Assembly: GCA_965206405.1 (NCBI GenBank)
Contig: CBDBJQ010000006.1
Location: forward strand, 857,764 to 921,763
Direction: 5' to 3'
Source of the DNA: Alphaproteobacteria bacterium
Lineage (GTDB): Bacteria; Pseudomonadota; Alphaproteobacteria; UBA8366
Length of the DNA: 64,000 nt
Below, in pieces: positions 45,043-55,481 of this stretch; the stretch's first letter is position 1; each line of letters opens with the position of its first letter. A program made the position numbers and the translations under genes. Under the pieces are notes generated by a model. It made no database searches and was not told where the DNA came from. It saw only the letters and a list, made by a program, of their open reading frames with translations.

Positions 45043-45945
45043 ATGCTGATCGGAATCGATGTCGGTGGAACCAAGCTTGAGGTCGCGGCCCTGAACGAAG
45101 AGGGCCGCATTCTGTTTCGCGAGCGGAGTGCGACGCCGGCCGGAGACTACGATGCGATCGTCAGGGTCATTGCCGACCTCGTGGCCAAGGCGGAGAAAAC
45201 GGTCGGCGACGAGGGCCGGGTCGGGATCGGCATTCCGGGAACGATGTCGCCGGCCACGGGGCTGGTGAAGAACGCCTACAATCTGGCTCTCAATGGCCGT
45301 CCCTTTGACCGTGATGTCGCCGAAGTGCTCGGGCGGCCGGTCCGTGTGGTCAACGACGCCAACTGTTTTGCGCTCTCGGAAGCGGTCGATGGTGCCGGTG
45401 CCGGGAAGGGCGTGGTCTGGGGGATCATCCTTGGAACCGGGTGCGGCAGCGGTATCGTCGTTGATGGTCGCGTGTTCTCCGGGGCGAACGCCATTGCCGG
45501 TGAATGGGGGCACAACCCGCTGCCGTGGCCGGGGATAGATGAGCTGCCAGGCCTGGACTGCACCTGCGGGAAAAAGGGGTGCATCGAAACTTTCATTTCC
45601 GGGCGGGGGCTGGAACGTCACCATGAGCGGGATTCCGGGGAGACGCTCAGGGCGCCAGAAATCATCGCCCGGGCGGAAGCGGGGGACGATGTGGCGGAAC
45701 GAAACCTGGCCCGCTTCGAGAATCGTCTTGCGCGGGCGCTCGCCTCGGTGATCAACCTTCTTGACCCCGATGTGATCGTTCTCGGCGGCGGTATGTCCAA
45801 TACCCGGCATCTTTATGATCGGATGCCGGAGCTTTGGGGAGAGTGGGTTTTCTCGGATCGGGTCGACACGCCGCTCCTCGAGCCCCGCTACGGAGATTCG
45901 AGCGGCGTGCGTGGCGCCGCCTGGCTGTGGGCGCAAGGCGAGTAG
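45043..45945 (+). CDS. ROK-family sugar kinase (NagK/Mak-like, no HTH domain)
   Basis: 300 aa: MLIGIDVGGTKLE..., NDANCFALSE, GTGCGSGIV, and zinc motif GEWGHNPL...CTCGKKGCIETF. Confidence 0.85.
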   Translation: MLIGIDVGGTKLEVAALNEEGRILFRERSATPAGDYDAIVRVIADLVAKAEKTVGDEGRVGIGIPGTMSPATGLVKNAYNLALNGRPFDRDVAEVLGRPVRVVNDANCFALSEAVDGAGAGKGVVWGIILGTGCGSGIVVDGRVFSGANAIAGEWGHNPLPWPGIDELPGLDCTCGKKGCIETFISGRGLERHHERDSGETLRAPEIIARAEAGDDVAERNLARFENRLARALASVINLLDPDVIVLGGGMSNTRHLYDRMPELWGEWVFSDRVDTPLLEPRYGDSSGVRGAAWLWAQGE

Positions 45946-45950
45946 GCACG

Positions 45951-47243
45951 ATGACTGACCCGACACGCTGGCTGTGCCGGGACTGCCTTGCAACGGATCT
46001 TGCCCCGGTGCCGGAGCATTGCCGGGTCTGTCACTCGACCCGCATCGTCGCCCATGCCGAACTCGACGATATGGTAATCGCCCATATCGATTGCGACGCG
46101 TTCTATGCCTCGGTCGAGAAACGGGACAATCCCGATCTTCACGACAGGCCAGTGGTAATCGGCCGCGGACATCGCGGGGTGGTAGCAGCGGCCTGCTATG
46201 TGGCCCGCATGTACGGCATCAGATCCGCGATGCCGATGTTCAAGGCCCTGGAGGCCTGTCCGCAGGCTGTTGTCATTCCTCCCGACATGAACAAGTACCG
46301 GGCCGCCGGCGAAGCTGTCCGAAGCCTGATGCAGGAAGTCACACCCCTAGTCCAGCCTCTGTCGATCGACGAAGCCTTCCTTGATCTGTCGCCGAGCATG
46401 CAGGGAACGGACAGTAGTTCCGCCATGCTGCTCGCGGCGCTGGTGCTCAGGATCGAGGAGAAAGTCGGGGTGACCGCGAGTATTGGCCTGAGTTATGCCA
46501 AGTTCCTCGCCAAGATCGCATCTGATCTCGACAAGCCGCGCGGGTTTGCCGTGATCGGTCGTAGCGAGGCGCGCACGTTCCTTGCCGACAAGCCTGTTTC
46601 CCTGCTCTGGGGCGTCGGCCCCGCCATCGCGCAGCGCCTGCGCCGAGCCGGAATTACCAAGATCGGGCAATTACAGGATCTCAATGTCGCCAACAACAAG
46701 ATCATGGATAGTTACGGCGTTCTCGGCCAACGCATCATCCGTCTCGCTCGTGGCGAGGACGACCGCAAGGTCGAGCCCTTTCAGCCGACCAAAAGCGTGT
46801 CGGCTGAAACTACCTTTGCCGAGGATCTCAAGGATCTTGAGGCGCTCGAGGCCCGTTTGCGACCGCTCGTCGACCGGGTCGCTGACCGTCTTGATCGCAA
46901 AAATCTTGCCGGTAGAACCGTGACCCTGAAGCTGAAGCAGTCCGATTTCCGCCAACTGACCCGGAGTCGGAGCTTGCAGGCTCCGACGCTGCGGGCGGAC
47001 GACATCTTTGAGATCGCCCGCACCCTGCTGCAGCCCGAGACGGACGGGCGCAGCTATCGGCTGATCGGTGTGGGGGTGAGCGAGCTGGAGGAAACGGCCC
47101 AAGCTGCGCCGTCGGATTTGTTTGAGATATCTGGCATGGGCGCCGACGCGAACCTTGGAATGGGACCCGAGGTGAGTCCGAGCATGAGTTCAAAAACAAA
47201 TCTGGAAGCCGATCCGGGAGCTGATCTGGGCGACAGGCGCTGA
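45951..47243 (+). CDS. dinB: DNA polymerase IV (Y-family) with an N-terminal CxxC...CxxC extension
   Basis: 430 aa from ATG 45951: ...IAHIDCDAFYASVEKRDNP..., SIDEAFLD, GVTASIGLSYAKFLAKIASDLDKP. The ORF-track start at 45834 overlaps the ROK gene and is rejected. Confidence 0.9.
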   Translation: MTDPTRWLCRDCLATDLAPVPEHCRVCHSTRIVAHAELDDMVIAHIDCDAFYASVEKRDNPDLHDRPVVIGRGHRGVVAAACYVARMYGIRSAMPMFKALEACPQAVVIPPDMNKYRAAGEAVRSLMQEVTPLVQPLSIDEAFLDLSPSMQGTDSSSAMLLAALVLRIEEKVGVTASIGLSYAKFLAKIASDLDKPRGFAVIGRSEARTFLADKPVSLLWGVGPAIAQRLRRAGITKIGQLQDLNVANNKIMDSYGVLGQRIIRLARGEDDRKVEPFQPTKSVSAETTFAEDLKDLEALEARLRPLVDRVADRLDRKNLAGRTVTLKLKQSDFRQLTRSRSLQAPTLRADDIFEIARTLLQPETDGRSYRLIGVGVSELEETAQAAPSDLFEISGMGADANLGMGPEVSPSMSSKTNLEADPGADLGDRR

Positions 47244-47329
47244 ACCGTTGCCATGCTGGACAAAATGCCCTCGTCGGGAAATTTTAGCACTGGATCCCGG
47301 TGCCAGACCGGGTCAGAAGGAGATCGAAG

Positions 47330-48295
47330 ATGGCAGAAAAACCAGTCCTGTGGCTGACCCGGCGGTTGCCCGAGGCGGTCGAGGCGCGGGCGGCGCGTGA
47401 CTATGAGGCTGTTCTCAATCCCGAGGACGTCCAGTACGACGCTGCTGCGATCATCGAGCGCAGCCAGGATATGGATGCCATCCTCACCTGTGCCACGGAG
47501 CGTTTTGACGCTGCAGTAATCGAGAAGCTCGCGCGAAGGGTGCGCGTGGTTGCGACCTATTCGGTCGGCTATGAGCATATCGACACCGAGACCGCGACGC
47601 GGCGGGAACTACTCGTCACCAACACCCCCGATGTTCTGACCGCGGCAACCGCCGATCTAACCCTGTTGCTGATCTTGGGCGCGGCTCGGCGGGCCCATGA
47701 ATGGGGTTCATTGCTCCGGGACGGAAGGTGGGGGCGGTGGAATGCGATCGATCTTCTCGGCACCGACGTGACCGGCCGCCGGCTCGGTATTTTTGGCATG
47801 GGCCGCATCGGCCAGGCTGTCGCCGAGCGGGCGAGCGGGTTCCGTATGAAGATCCATTACCACAATCGCAACCGGCTCGCGCCGGAGATCGAGGGGGATG
47901 CCGTCTGGCACGATAATGTGGAGAGTCTCCTCGGCGTTTCCGAAATCCTGTCGCTCAATTCGCCGTCCACGCCGGAAACCGAGGGTTTTCTCGATGCTCG
48001 CCGCATAGCGCTGTTGCCGGACAGCGCCATCGTCATCAATTCCTCGCGGGGAAACGTCATTGACGACGATGCCCTGATCGCAGCACTGAAAGACGGCAAG
48101 CTGGCGGCGGCGGGTCTCGATGTGTTCGCTGGCGAGCCGATGCTCGATCCCCGTTATCTGGGTCTGCCAAACGCCTTCCTGATGCCGCATATCGGCAGCG
48201 CAACGCTGGAGACGCGCAACGCCATGGGTTTCCGGGCGCTCGATAATATCGACGCTGTATTCGCCGGCCGCGAACCGCCTGACCGGATCGCCTGA
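47330..48295 (+). CDS. D-isomer-specific 2-hydroxyacid dehydrogenase (glyoxylate/hydroxypyruvate reductase-like)
   Basis: 321 aa from ATG 47330 (AAGGAG 9 nt upstream). NAD motif GIFGMGRIGQAVA and catalytic contexts NSSRGNVID and MPHIGSAT. Confidence 0.88.
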   Translation: MAEKPVLWLTRRLPEAVEARAARDYEAVLNPEDVQYDAAAIIERSQDMDAILTCATERFDAAVIEKLARRVRVVATYSVGYEHIDTETATRRELLVTNTPDVLTAATADLTLLLILGAARRAHEWGSLLRDGRWGRWNAIDLLGTDVTGRRLGIFGMGRIGQAVAERASGFRMKIHYHNRNRLAPEIEGDAVWHDNVESLLGVSEILSLNSPSTPETEGFLDARRIALLPDSAIVINSSRGNVIDDDALIAALKDGKLAAAGLDVFAGEPMLDPRYLGLPNAFLMPHIGSATLETRNAMGFRALDNIDAVFAGREPPDRIA

Positions 48296-48352
48296 CGCCA
48301 GATCACCTGACGCCAGATCGCCTGATGCCAGATCGCCTGACGCCGGACCGCC
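48286..48352. repeat. 15-bp tandem repeat, about 4.5 copies (GATCGCCTGACGCCA), starting in the last codons of the dehydrogenase gene
   Basis: gatcgcctgacgcca / gatcacctgacgcca / gatcgcctgatgcca / gatcgcctgacgccg / gaccgcc, read directly. It fills the whole gap to the convergent aspS stop at 48354. Confidence 0.95.
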
Positions 48353-48353
48353 T

Positions 48354-50138
48354 TTATTCGGTGGTGTCGGGCGGTGGATCGACGCGGAGGTGCAGTTCTT
48401 CGAGATGCTCGGATGGTACCTCCGAGGGGGCGCCCATCATCAAATCCTGGGCCTGCTGGTTCATCGGGAAGGCGACAACCTCACGGATATTGGGCTCGTC
48501 GGCTAGCAGCATCACGATGCGATCTATGCCCGGAGCCGAACCACCGCAGGGCGGCGCGCCGTAGCTTAGCGCCTCGACCATGCCACTGAACTCTCGGTCG
48601 ACCTCTTCCTGGGTGTAGCTGGCGATCGCAAAAGCCTCGTACATGATATCGAGGCTGTGGTTCCTGATCGCGCCGGAGGACAGCTCGACGCCGTTGCAGA
48701 CGATGTCGTACTGGTACGCCTTGACGGCGAGGGGATCCGGGCCTTTCAGCGCCTCAAGGCCACCCTGCGGCATCGAGAACGGGTTGTGGCTGAAGCCGAC
48801 TTTCCCCGTCTGCCGGTCGGGCTCATACATCGGATAATCAACGATCCAGCAGAACTTGAACGGGCCATCCTCGCGGACTCCCAGGTCCTCGGCGAGGCGG
48901 TCGCGCACGAGACCGGCGAGGCGGGCGGCGTCCTCCGCCTCGTCGCAGGCGAAAAATACCGCGTCACCATCCTCAAGGCCGGCTGTCGCGCGCACCGCTG
49001 CAACCCGTTCGGGCTCGAGATTGCGGGCGATCGGGCCAGTGCCGCCGCCATCGGTACAGACGATGTATCCAAGGCCCGGCGCACCTTCGTCGCGCGCCCA
49101 GTCGTTCAGCCGGTCGAACCAGCTACGCGGCTGCGCCGCGCCACCAGGCGCCGGAATTGCCCTGACCACGGCGCCGCTCTCGATAGCCTTGGCGAATATG
49201 CCGAAGCCGGAGCCGCGGAAGGCCTCGGTGACATCCGTGATCTCGATCGGGTTGCGCAAATCCGGCTTGTCGGATCCATATTTGAGCATCGCCTCATCAA
49301 AGGGGATGCGGGGAAAGGGCGGCGCGGTCACCTCCCGGCCGCCGGCGAACTCGACGAAGGTGCCGGCGAGCACGGGCTCGATTGTTGCAAACACGTCTTC
49401 CTGGGTCGCGAAGGCCATCTCGAAATCGAGCTGATAGAACTCGCCCGGTGACCGATCGGCCCGGGCGTCCTCGTCACGAAAGCACGGGGCGATCTGAAAA
49501 TAACGGTCAAAGCCCGCCACCATCAGCAGCTGCTTGAACTGCTGGGGGGCCTGGGGCAAGGCATAGAAACGCCCGGGATGGAGCCGGCTCGGGACCAGAA
49601 AATCGCGCGCCCCTTCCGGTGAGGAGGAGGTCAGGATCGGCGTCTGGAACTCGGTGAAACCGGCCTCGACCATGCGCCGGCGGATCGATGTGATGACCTG
49701 CGAACGCAGCATGATGTTGCGGTGTGGAGCCTCGCGCCGCAGATCGAGAAACCGGTGTTTCAGCCTGATGTCCTCGGGATATCCCGCTTCCTGATTGACC
49801 GGCATCGGCAGTGATTTCGCCGTGGAAATGGTCTCGAGGGTGGCGACCCGGAGTTCAATTTCTCCGGTTGGAAGTTCCGGATTGACGGTATCGGCGGTTC
49901 GCGGTTGCACCTCGCCAGTCACGGTGATCACGGTTTCGTTACCAAGCTGTTCGACCTCGGCGAAGGCGGGGTCGGAGGAATCAGTCACACATTGGGTGAT
50001 GCCGTAGTGATCGCGCAGATCAATGAAGAGGAGATGGCCATGGTCGCGGATCCGGTGGACCCAGCCAGACAGGCGTGCCGTCTCGCCGGCGTGCTCGCCC
50101 CGGAGTTCACCGCAGGTATGGGTGCGGTAGGGATGCAT
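48354..50138 (-). CDS. aspS: Aspartyl-tRNA synthetase
   Basis: 594 aa from ATG 50138: [13 protein letters not shown]...[22 protein letters not shown]..., motif 2 [19 protein letters not shown], motif 3 [12 protein letters not shown]. Confidence 0.95.
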   Translation of the reverse strand: MHPYRTHTCGELRGEHAGETARLSGWVHRIRDHGHLLFIDLRDHYGITQCVTDSSDPAFAEVEQLGNETVITVTGEVQPRTADTVNPELPTGEIELRVATLETISTAKSLPMPVNQEAGYPEDIRLKHRFLDLRREAPHRNIMLRSQVITSIRRRMVEAGFTEFQTPILTSSSPEGARDFLVPSRLHPGRFYALPQAPQQFKQLLMVAGFDRYFQIAPCFRDEDARADRSPGEFYQLDFEMAFATQEDVFATIEPVLAGTFVEFAGGREVTAPPFPRIPFDEAMLKYGSDKPDLRNPIEITDVTEAFRGSGFGIFAKAIESGAVVRAIPAPGGAAQPRSWFDRLNDWARDEGAPGLGYIVCTDGGGTGPIARNLEPERVAAVRATAGLEDGDAVFFACDEAEDAARLAGLVRDRLAEDLGVREDGPFKFCWIVDYPMYEPDRQTGKVGFSHNPFSMPQGGLEALKGPDPLAVKAYQYDIVCNGVELSSGAIRNHSLDIMYEAFAIASYTQEEVDREFSGMVEALSYGAPPCGGSAPGIDRIVMLLADEPNIREVVAFPMNQQAQDLMMGAPSEVPSEHLEELHLRVDPPPDTTE

Positions 50139-50323
50139 GGTTGAAATATCTCGAAGCAATTTTTGGAGACCCGCGGCCAGGGCCGGGTTTGGTCAACCCT
50201 GTGCGGGGAAGGTCCGGGCGGCATAGGTCAATCTCAGGCCTTGATTGTCAAGAAAAATGAAGAAGATACCCCGTGTCGGTAGGCTCTTTTTGCCCTATAA
50301 TCCGGCCCTTGATGACTTCCCCC

Positions 50324-51478
50324 ATGATCACGAATAGCGATGCCCTAGCCCGATTCTGCAGCGAGCAACGCGGGGCCGGTTTCGTTGCCATCGACACCGA
50401 GTTCATTCGCGAACGGACCTACTGGCCCGTGGTGTGCCTGATCCAGGTTGCGGGACCGGAAGAGAGTGTGATTGTCGACGCCCTCGCCCCCGGCATCGAT
50501 CTCTCGCCGATTGGCGCGCTGGCTGCGGATCCCGATATCGTGAAGGTGTTCCATGGCGGACGTGAAGATCTCGCTATCTTCCTGCGGCTCTTCGGAAATC
50601 TTCCGACTCCGGTTTTCGACACCCAGGTTGCGGGCATGGTTTGCGGTCTCGGCGAGCAGGCGTCGTTCGAGAAAATGGCGGCGCAGCTATTGAATGTACG
50701 TATCGAGAAAACCGCCCAGCGGGCCGACTGGTCGCGCCGGCCGCTGGATAAGGAGATGATCCATTATGCGCTTGGGGATGTGGTGCATCTGCGCGACGCC
50801 TATCTCAGGATCATTACCGATCTGGATAGCTCCGGACGGTGGGGGTGGGTTGAGGAGGAACTCGCTGGCCTGATCAATCCGGAGCTGTACGCAACGGAGC
50901 CCGACACGGCCTGGCGGAGGCTGAAAATCAGAACCGGATCTCCCCGGTTTCTGGCAGCCCTGCAGGCAGCCGCGGCATGGCGCGAGCGCGAAGCGCAACG
51001 CAAGGATCTGCCGCGGCAATGGGTGCTTCGGGATCAGGCGCTGATCGAACTGGCGCGCCTTCAGCCACGAACACCGGCGGCGTTATCGAAAATTCGTGAT
51101 GTCTCCAAGGGTTTTCTGCAAAGCCGGGGAGCCGCTGAATTGATCGAGGTGGTCCACCGTGCCTCGAAGTCCGACCCGGTCGATCCCATACCGCCGCTAC
51201 GCGAGGACAACCGGCGCCGGAAACCGCCGGAAGCGGTGGTGGAGCTGCTAAGAGCGCTTCTCTCGGTGGTCTGCCGCGAAGCGGGGGTGGCGCCGAAACT
51301 GGTGGCCGATTCAGCCGATCTCCGGCATATCGCCGCCGATGGCGAGATCGATATCCCGGCCATGCGGGGCTGGCGTCGCGAACTTTTCGGCGAGAAAGCG
51401 CTGGCCCTGCGCGAGGGGAAGGTCGGACTTTCGGCAGAGGGTGGCGAGGTGCACATCGTGCCCCTCGTGCGGCACTGA
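50324..51478 (+). CDS. rnd: Ribonuclease D
   Basis: About 384 aa: DEDD exonuclease motifs AIDTEF, HGGREDL and YALGDVVHL, then an HRDC-like region. The start is ATG 50324 or 50312. Confidence 0.88.
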   Translation: MITNSDALARFCSEQRGAGFVAIDTEFIRERTYWPVVCLIQVAGPEESVIVDALAPGIDLSPIGALAADPDIVKVFHGGREDLAIFLRLFGNLPTPVFDTQVAGMVCGLGEQASFEKMAAQLLNVRIEKTAQRADWSRRPLDKEMIHYALGDVVHLRDAYLRIITDLDSSGRWGWVEEELAGLINPELYATEPDTAWRRLKIRTGSPRFLAALQAAAAWREREAQRKDLPRQWVLRDQALIELARLQPRTPAALSKIRDVSKGFLQSRGAAELIEVVHRASKSDPVDPIPPLREDNRRRKPPEAVVELLRALLSVVCREAGVAPKLVADSADLRHIAADGEIDIPAMRGWRRELFGEKALALREGKVGLSAEGGEVHIVPLVRH

Positions 51479-51544
51479 CGCGCTATAATTGCACGCAGCA
51501 CAGACGGTGCCGATAACGGCATGCAGCGCTACGCGCCTGGAAGA

Positions 51545-53068
51545 TCAGGAGGCGGCCTGTCGCGGAATTCGCGCGGTGCTCTCCAGATGAACCACAGGTT
51601 TGCAGCCGACGATATCGGCAAGGGCGCGGAAACGGCGCTCGACCACATCGCTGACCAGCAGCCGCTCGTAATCCGGCACGGTCAGGGTCAGTTCCTTGCC
51701 CTTGCGGGTCAGGGAGATTTCCTCCAGAAGCCGGATGGCGCCGCCGGAGACGGTGTAGGCAAGACGGAGAACCATTCCGATTGCCTGCGCTCTGGCTTTT
51801 TGCTTTTTCGTAAGCAGCTTGCCGACTCCCCAGCGTTTGATGATCCCATCCATCGCCGCGTGGCGCGATGCGACGGCGATTGCGAGCATCGTGCGTTCGC
51901 TGTGGTCAATACCGCTCAGGGGCATGCGCAGGATGCGCAAGAACACCTGCTCGGCGCGGTAATCGGGATGTTCCGACCAGCCAATATCGGCGAGATGGCA
52001 GGCAGCCAGGCGAAGACGGGCGGTGCGCGCCTTGTATTTTTTGAACGGAGCCGCAGTCCAGCGCCACAGTAGCTCGCCATCGGCGGTCTGACGACCCATT
52101 CGTTCTGTCATTTCGATACACATCGCGATCAGGGGATCCTGCGACCGTTGCTGTTTTGGAATCTTGGCGAACAGACATCCCTCGCGGAGCCCGAGAGCGG
52201 AAATCATTACTTCTTTCACGCCTGAGGCCTGGACCAGGCTTTCCAGTAGCCTTGCGGCCGGAACCACCGTTTCGGTGCGCTGGCGGGCGAAACCTTCGAT
52301 CTGGGCCATGTGTGTCGCTGGCTTTGTCGCAGCGATGTCGGCGATCATGGCGACATCCCGGGCCGGGATCCGGTAGCCATGGAGAACCCGCAACGGGTAG
52401 TTCTTGTGTTCCATGTGGATGCGCGCCAGAGCCCGCCAGGTACCGCCGACAGCATAAAAGACCCGCTCCTGGCCATGTTGCAGCCAGGGCAGGCGCTTGA
52501 GTTGCGGGTCGAATAGTTTTTTGGGCATGTCCTTGACCGCAATCCCGCTCTCCAGCAGGCGCAGGGTGCCAAAGGGGAGGGTCTCACGTTTGGCTATTTG
52601 TCCTTCCGCGATCTTGACCAACTCGATGCTGCCGCCGCCGAGATCGCCCGCTATTCCGTCCGCCGCGGGGATTCCCGACAGCACGCCGAGACCCGAAAAT
52701 CGGGCTTCCTGCTGACCCGAGAGCACGGTGACAGAGAGGCCGCATTCATGGGCGATCCTGGCGATGAAGGCGGGACCGTTCTCGGCGATCCGAACCGCCG
52801 CAGTGGCGACAGCCTCGATGTGGGTGACCCCAAGCGAGTTAGTCAGCGAGACGAAGCGATGCAGGCTCTGCATCGCCAGCGTGATGGCCTCTTCCGGCAT
52901 TCGGCCGGTCGCGTCGAGACTGCGGCCGAGACCGCACAGGACTTTCTCGTTGAAGAGCGGCAGGGGGGCTCGTTCCAGCCTGCTGTAGACGACAAGCCGG
53001 ATCGAGTTGGATCCAATGTCGATCACAGCGACCGGAGGTTCTCCCTGCCGGTTGAGTACTCCCGGCAT
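51545..53068 (-). CDS. ppx: Exopolyphosphatase (Ppx/GppA family)
   Basis: 507 aa from ATG 53068 (4 nt after the ppk stop): VAVIDIGSNSIRLVVY...GDLGGGSIEL... Confidence 0.9.
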   Translation of the reverse strand: MPGVLNRQGEPPVAVIDIGSNSIRLVVYSRLERAPLPLFNEKVLCGLGRSLDATGRMPEEAITLAMQSLHRFVSLTNSLGVTHIEAVATAAVRIAENGPAFIARIAHECGLSVTVLSGQQEARFSGLGVLSGIPAADGIAGDLGGGSIELVKIAEGQIAKRETLPFGTLRLLESGIAVKDMPKKLFDPQLKRLPWLQHGQERVFYAVGGTWRALARIHMEHKNYPLRVLHGYRIPARDVAMIADIAATKPATHMAQIEGFARQRTETVVPAARLLESLVQASGVKEVMISALGLREGCLFAKIPKQQRSQDPLIAMCIEMTERMGRQTADGELLWRWTAAPFKKYKARTARLRLAACHLADIGWSEHPDYRAEQVFLRILRMPLSGIDHSERTMLAIAVASRHAAMDGIIKRWGVGKLLTKKQKARAQAIGMVLRLAYTVSGGAIRLLEEISLTRKGKELTLTVPDYERLLVSDVVERRFRALADIVGCKPVVHLESTARIPRQAAS

Positions 53069-53072
53069 TGCC

Positions 53073-55238
53073 TCAGACGCTCCTGCGTGCTGTCGGCGTC
53101 GACGGGCGGGATGTCTCGATAGCACTGCCGCGGCCTGACAGGCTCGGATTGGTCATGAAATAGACATGAGCCGAGAAGTCTCCCGGCTCTTCCGCAATCC
53201 GGGTGTATGTACCGTCGGGTTGCATGTTCCAGCTCTGGGCCCGGTCGCTCCGGTTGGCGAGCATGATCTGCTCGATCAGTTGCTGCTTGATCGTTTGTGT
53301 CTCGATCGGAACCAGGGTCTCGATCCGGCGTCTCAGATTGCGCGGCATCCAGTCAGCAGAGGACAGGAACACCCGGCATTTCTCGGAGGGCAGGGCGTGG
53401 CCGTTACCGAAACAGATGATACGACTGTGTTCAAGGAACCGGCCGACGATGCTCTTGACGCGGATGTTTTCCGACAGTCCTTCGATGCCCGGTCGCAAAC
53501 AGCATATGCCACGCACGAAAAGCTCTATCTTCACCCCGGCCTGGCTGGCCCTGTACAGGGCGTCGATGATCTCGGTGTCGACCAGGGCGTTCATCTTGGC
53601 CCAGATACCTGCCGGTTTGTCGGACCGGGCGAGCGCGATCTCATCGTCGATCAGCTCGAGGAGGCGCGGGCGCAGGGTGACCGGCGCGTAGATCAGCTTT
53701 TCCATATCCTTCGGTGTCGCATAGCCGGTGATGTAGTTGAATAGTGCCGTGGCATCGCGCCCCAGGGCCTGGTCGGAGGAGAAGAAACTGAGATCGGTGT
53801 AGACCTTGGCGTTGACGGGATGGTAGTTCCCGGTCCCGAAATGGATGTAGGTACGCAGCTCGGTTCCTTCCCGCCGGACGACGAGGGACGTCTTCGCGTG
53901 GGTTTTGAGATCGAAAAAACCGTAGACGACCTGGACGCCGGCCCGTTCGAGTTCTCGGGCATGGCGGATATTGATCTCCTCGTCGAAGCGCGCCTTCAGT
54001 TCGATCAGCGCGGTGACCAGCTTGCCTGACTCGGCGGCCTCGATCAGCGCTTCGATGATGGGCGAGTTCTCGGTCGTGCGATACATCGTGTGCTTGATGG
54101 AAACGACGAGAGGATCCTGTGCGGCCTGGTGCAGGAACTCGACGACCACGTCAAAGCTCTCATAGGGATGGTGGACGACGAAGTCCTTGGCCCGGATTGT
54201 GGCCATGATATCGCCACCGTTCTCCCGCACGCGTTCGGGATAGCGCGGTTGCATCGGCGCATAGAGGAGATCTTCGCGATCCTCGGCCACGATATTGTGT
54301 ATATCAGTAAGACCGAGCATTCCCTCGACGATCAGGATATGGGTGAAGCGGACATCGAACTGCTCGATGATGAATTTCTGGAAAGTTTCCGGCACATTGG
54401 CGGCCACCTCGATGCGGATGACATGGCCGCGGCGGCGGCGCTTCAGCATGGTCTCGTAGGTCTGGACCAGGTCTTCCGCTTCCTCGTCGATTTCGACCTC
54501 GCTGTCCCGGATAATGCGGAACAGGCCGTGATGGTGAATGCCAAAGCCCGGGAATAGCCGGTCGAGATGCAAGGCGATGACGTCCTCAAGGGCAATGAAG
54601 CGTGTCTCCGGCCCTGGCAGCCGCACGAAACGATCGAGTTGTGGAGGCATCAGGATGATGCCGTTCAGTTCCCTGTCGTCCTCCGGCCTGTTGAGTCGCA
54701 GTGCAAACAGAAGGCTGCCGTTCTGGATGAAGGGGAAGGGGTGGAACAGGTCGACGGCAAGCGGCGTGAGGACGGGGAAAATCTGGTCGTTGAAGAAGGA
54801 AGACAGCCAGGCACGGGACAGATCGTCGAGCGCGTCCTCCTTTACGACCGTGATGCCGGCATCGCAGCACTGCTCCAGAAGGTCGGTGAGGCAGGCATCC
54901 TGGCTGGCGAACAATGCCTCAACGTCGCGCCGGATCGCATCCAGCTGCTGTTCCGGCGTCATACCGTCGTTGCTCTTGTCGTGGATTCTGGACGCGGCCT
55001 GTCCGATTAGCCCGGCGACGCGGACCATGTAGAACTCGTCGAGATTGCTGGCCGAAATCGAGAGGAAGCGAATCCGTTCCAGCAGGGGGGTGTGTTCGTT
55101 TTCTGCCTCTTCGAGCACCCGCTTGTTGAATTTGAGCCAGGACAGCTCTCTATTGATGAAGCGATCCTGCGGCAGAGTTGCGGAAGCGGTATTTCCGCGA
55201 GGCAGATCGGCAACTTGCTGCTTGTTGTTCTTGGTCAT
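53073..55238 (-). CDS. ppk: Polyphosphate kinase 1
   Basis: 721 aa from ATG 55238: RFINRELSWLKFNKRVLEEAENEHTPLLERIRFLSISASNLDEFYMVRVAG...; the His site is in DLKTHAKTSLVVRRE. Confidence 0.94.
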   Translation of the reverse strand: MTKNNKQQVADLPRGNTASATLPQDRFINRELSWLKFNKRVLEEAENEHTPLLERIRFLSISASNLDEFYMVRVAGLIGQAASRIHDKSNDGMTPEQQLDAIRRDVEALFASQDACLTDLLEQCCDAGITVVKEDALDDLSRAWLSSFFNDQIFPVLTPLAVDLFHPFPFIQNGSLLFALRLNRPEDDRELNGIILMPPQLDRFVRLPGPETRFIALEDVIALHLDRLFPGFGIHHHGLFRIIRDSEVEIDEEAEDLVQTYETMLKRRRRGHVIRIEVAANVPETFQKFIIEQFDVRFTHILIVEGMLGLTDIHNIVAEDREDLLYAPMQPRYPERVRENGGDIMATIRAKDFVVHHPYESFDVVVEFLHQAAQDPLVVSIKHTMYRTTENSPIIEALIEAAESGKLVTALIELKARFDEEINIRHARELERAGVQVVYGFFDLKTHAKTSLVVRREGTELRTYIHFGTGNYHPVNAKVYTDLSFFSSDQALGRDATALFNYITGYATPKDMEKLIYAPVTLRPRLLELIDDEIALARSDKPAGIWAKMNALVDTEIIDALYRASQAGVKIELFVRGICCLRPGIEGLSENIRVKSIVGRFLEHSRIICFGNGHALPSEKCRVFLSSADWMPRNLRRRIETLVPIETQTIKQQLIEQIMLANRSDRAQSWNMQPDGTYTRIAEEPGDFSAHVYFMTNPSLSGRGSAIETSRPSTPTARRSV

Positions 55239-55481
55239 GTTTTTTCTGCTGCAGGTCGTTGTCGTCGACCTTTCAGGTGTTGGGGGCGGCAGGTGTCGGG
55301 GAATGGTTGCGTGCGCCGTATTCAGCGACCGCGCCACATCATACCAGCTTATATCATACCGACGCTGCCGGTTTTGCGCACATCAGGCGGGTGTTTCGGT
55401 CGCCTGCATCCTGTCCGCCGGCATTCCCGGCGTATATCCCTCATAGAGGAATGATTCCCTGGATGGAATGGGAAATTCGCC

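Noticed and set aside
43945-45993. 682-aa minus-strand ORF.
   Set aside because: Only the last 252 codons (43945-44703) are CinA-like. The upstream part is antisense to the well-supported ROK kinase gene and crosses an intergenic region.
48286-48352. The tandem repeats here and at 10173-10214, 23948-24180 and 58834-58908, considered as CRISPR-like arrays.
   Set aside because: The units are 9 or 15 bp and directly abutting, with no unique spacers, and there are no cas genes in the window. They are micro/minisatellites, not CRISPR.
55338-55360. Direct repeat ATCATACC x2 (55338-55345, 55353-55360) in the ppk-sixA divergent spacer, considered as a Pho box.
   Set aside because: It is only 8 bp, the 15-bp spacing does not fit the 11-bp periodicity of PhoB boxes, and there is no match to the CTGTCAT-type consensus. 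Support is insufficient.
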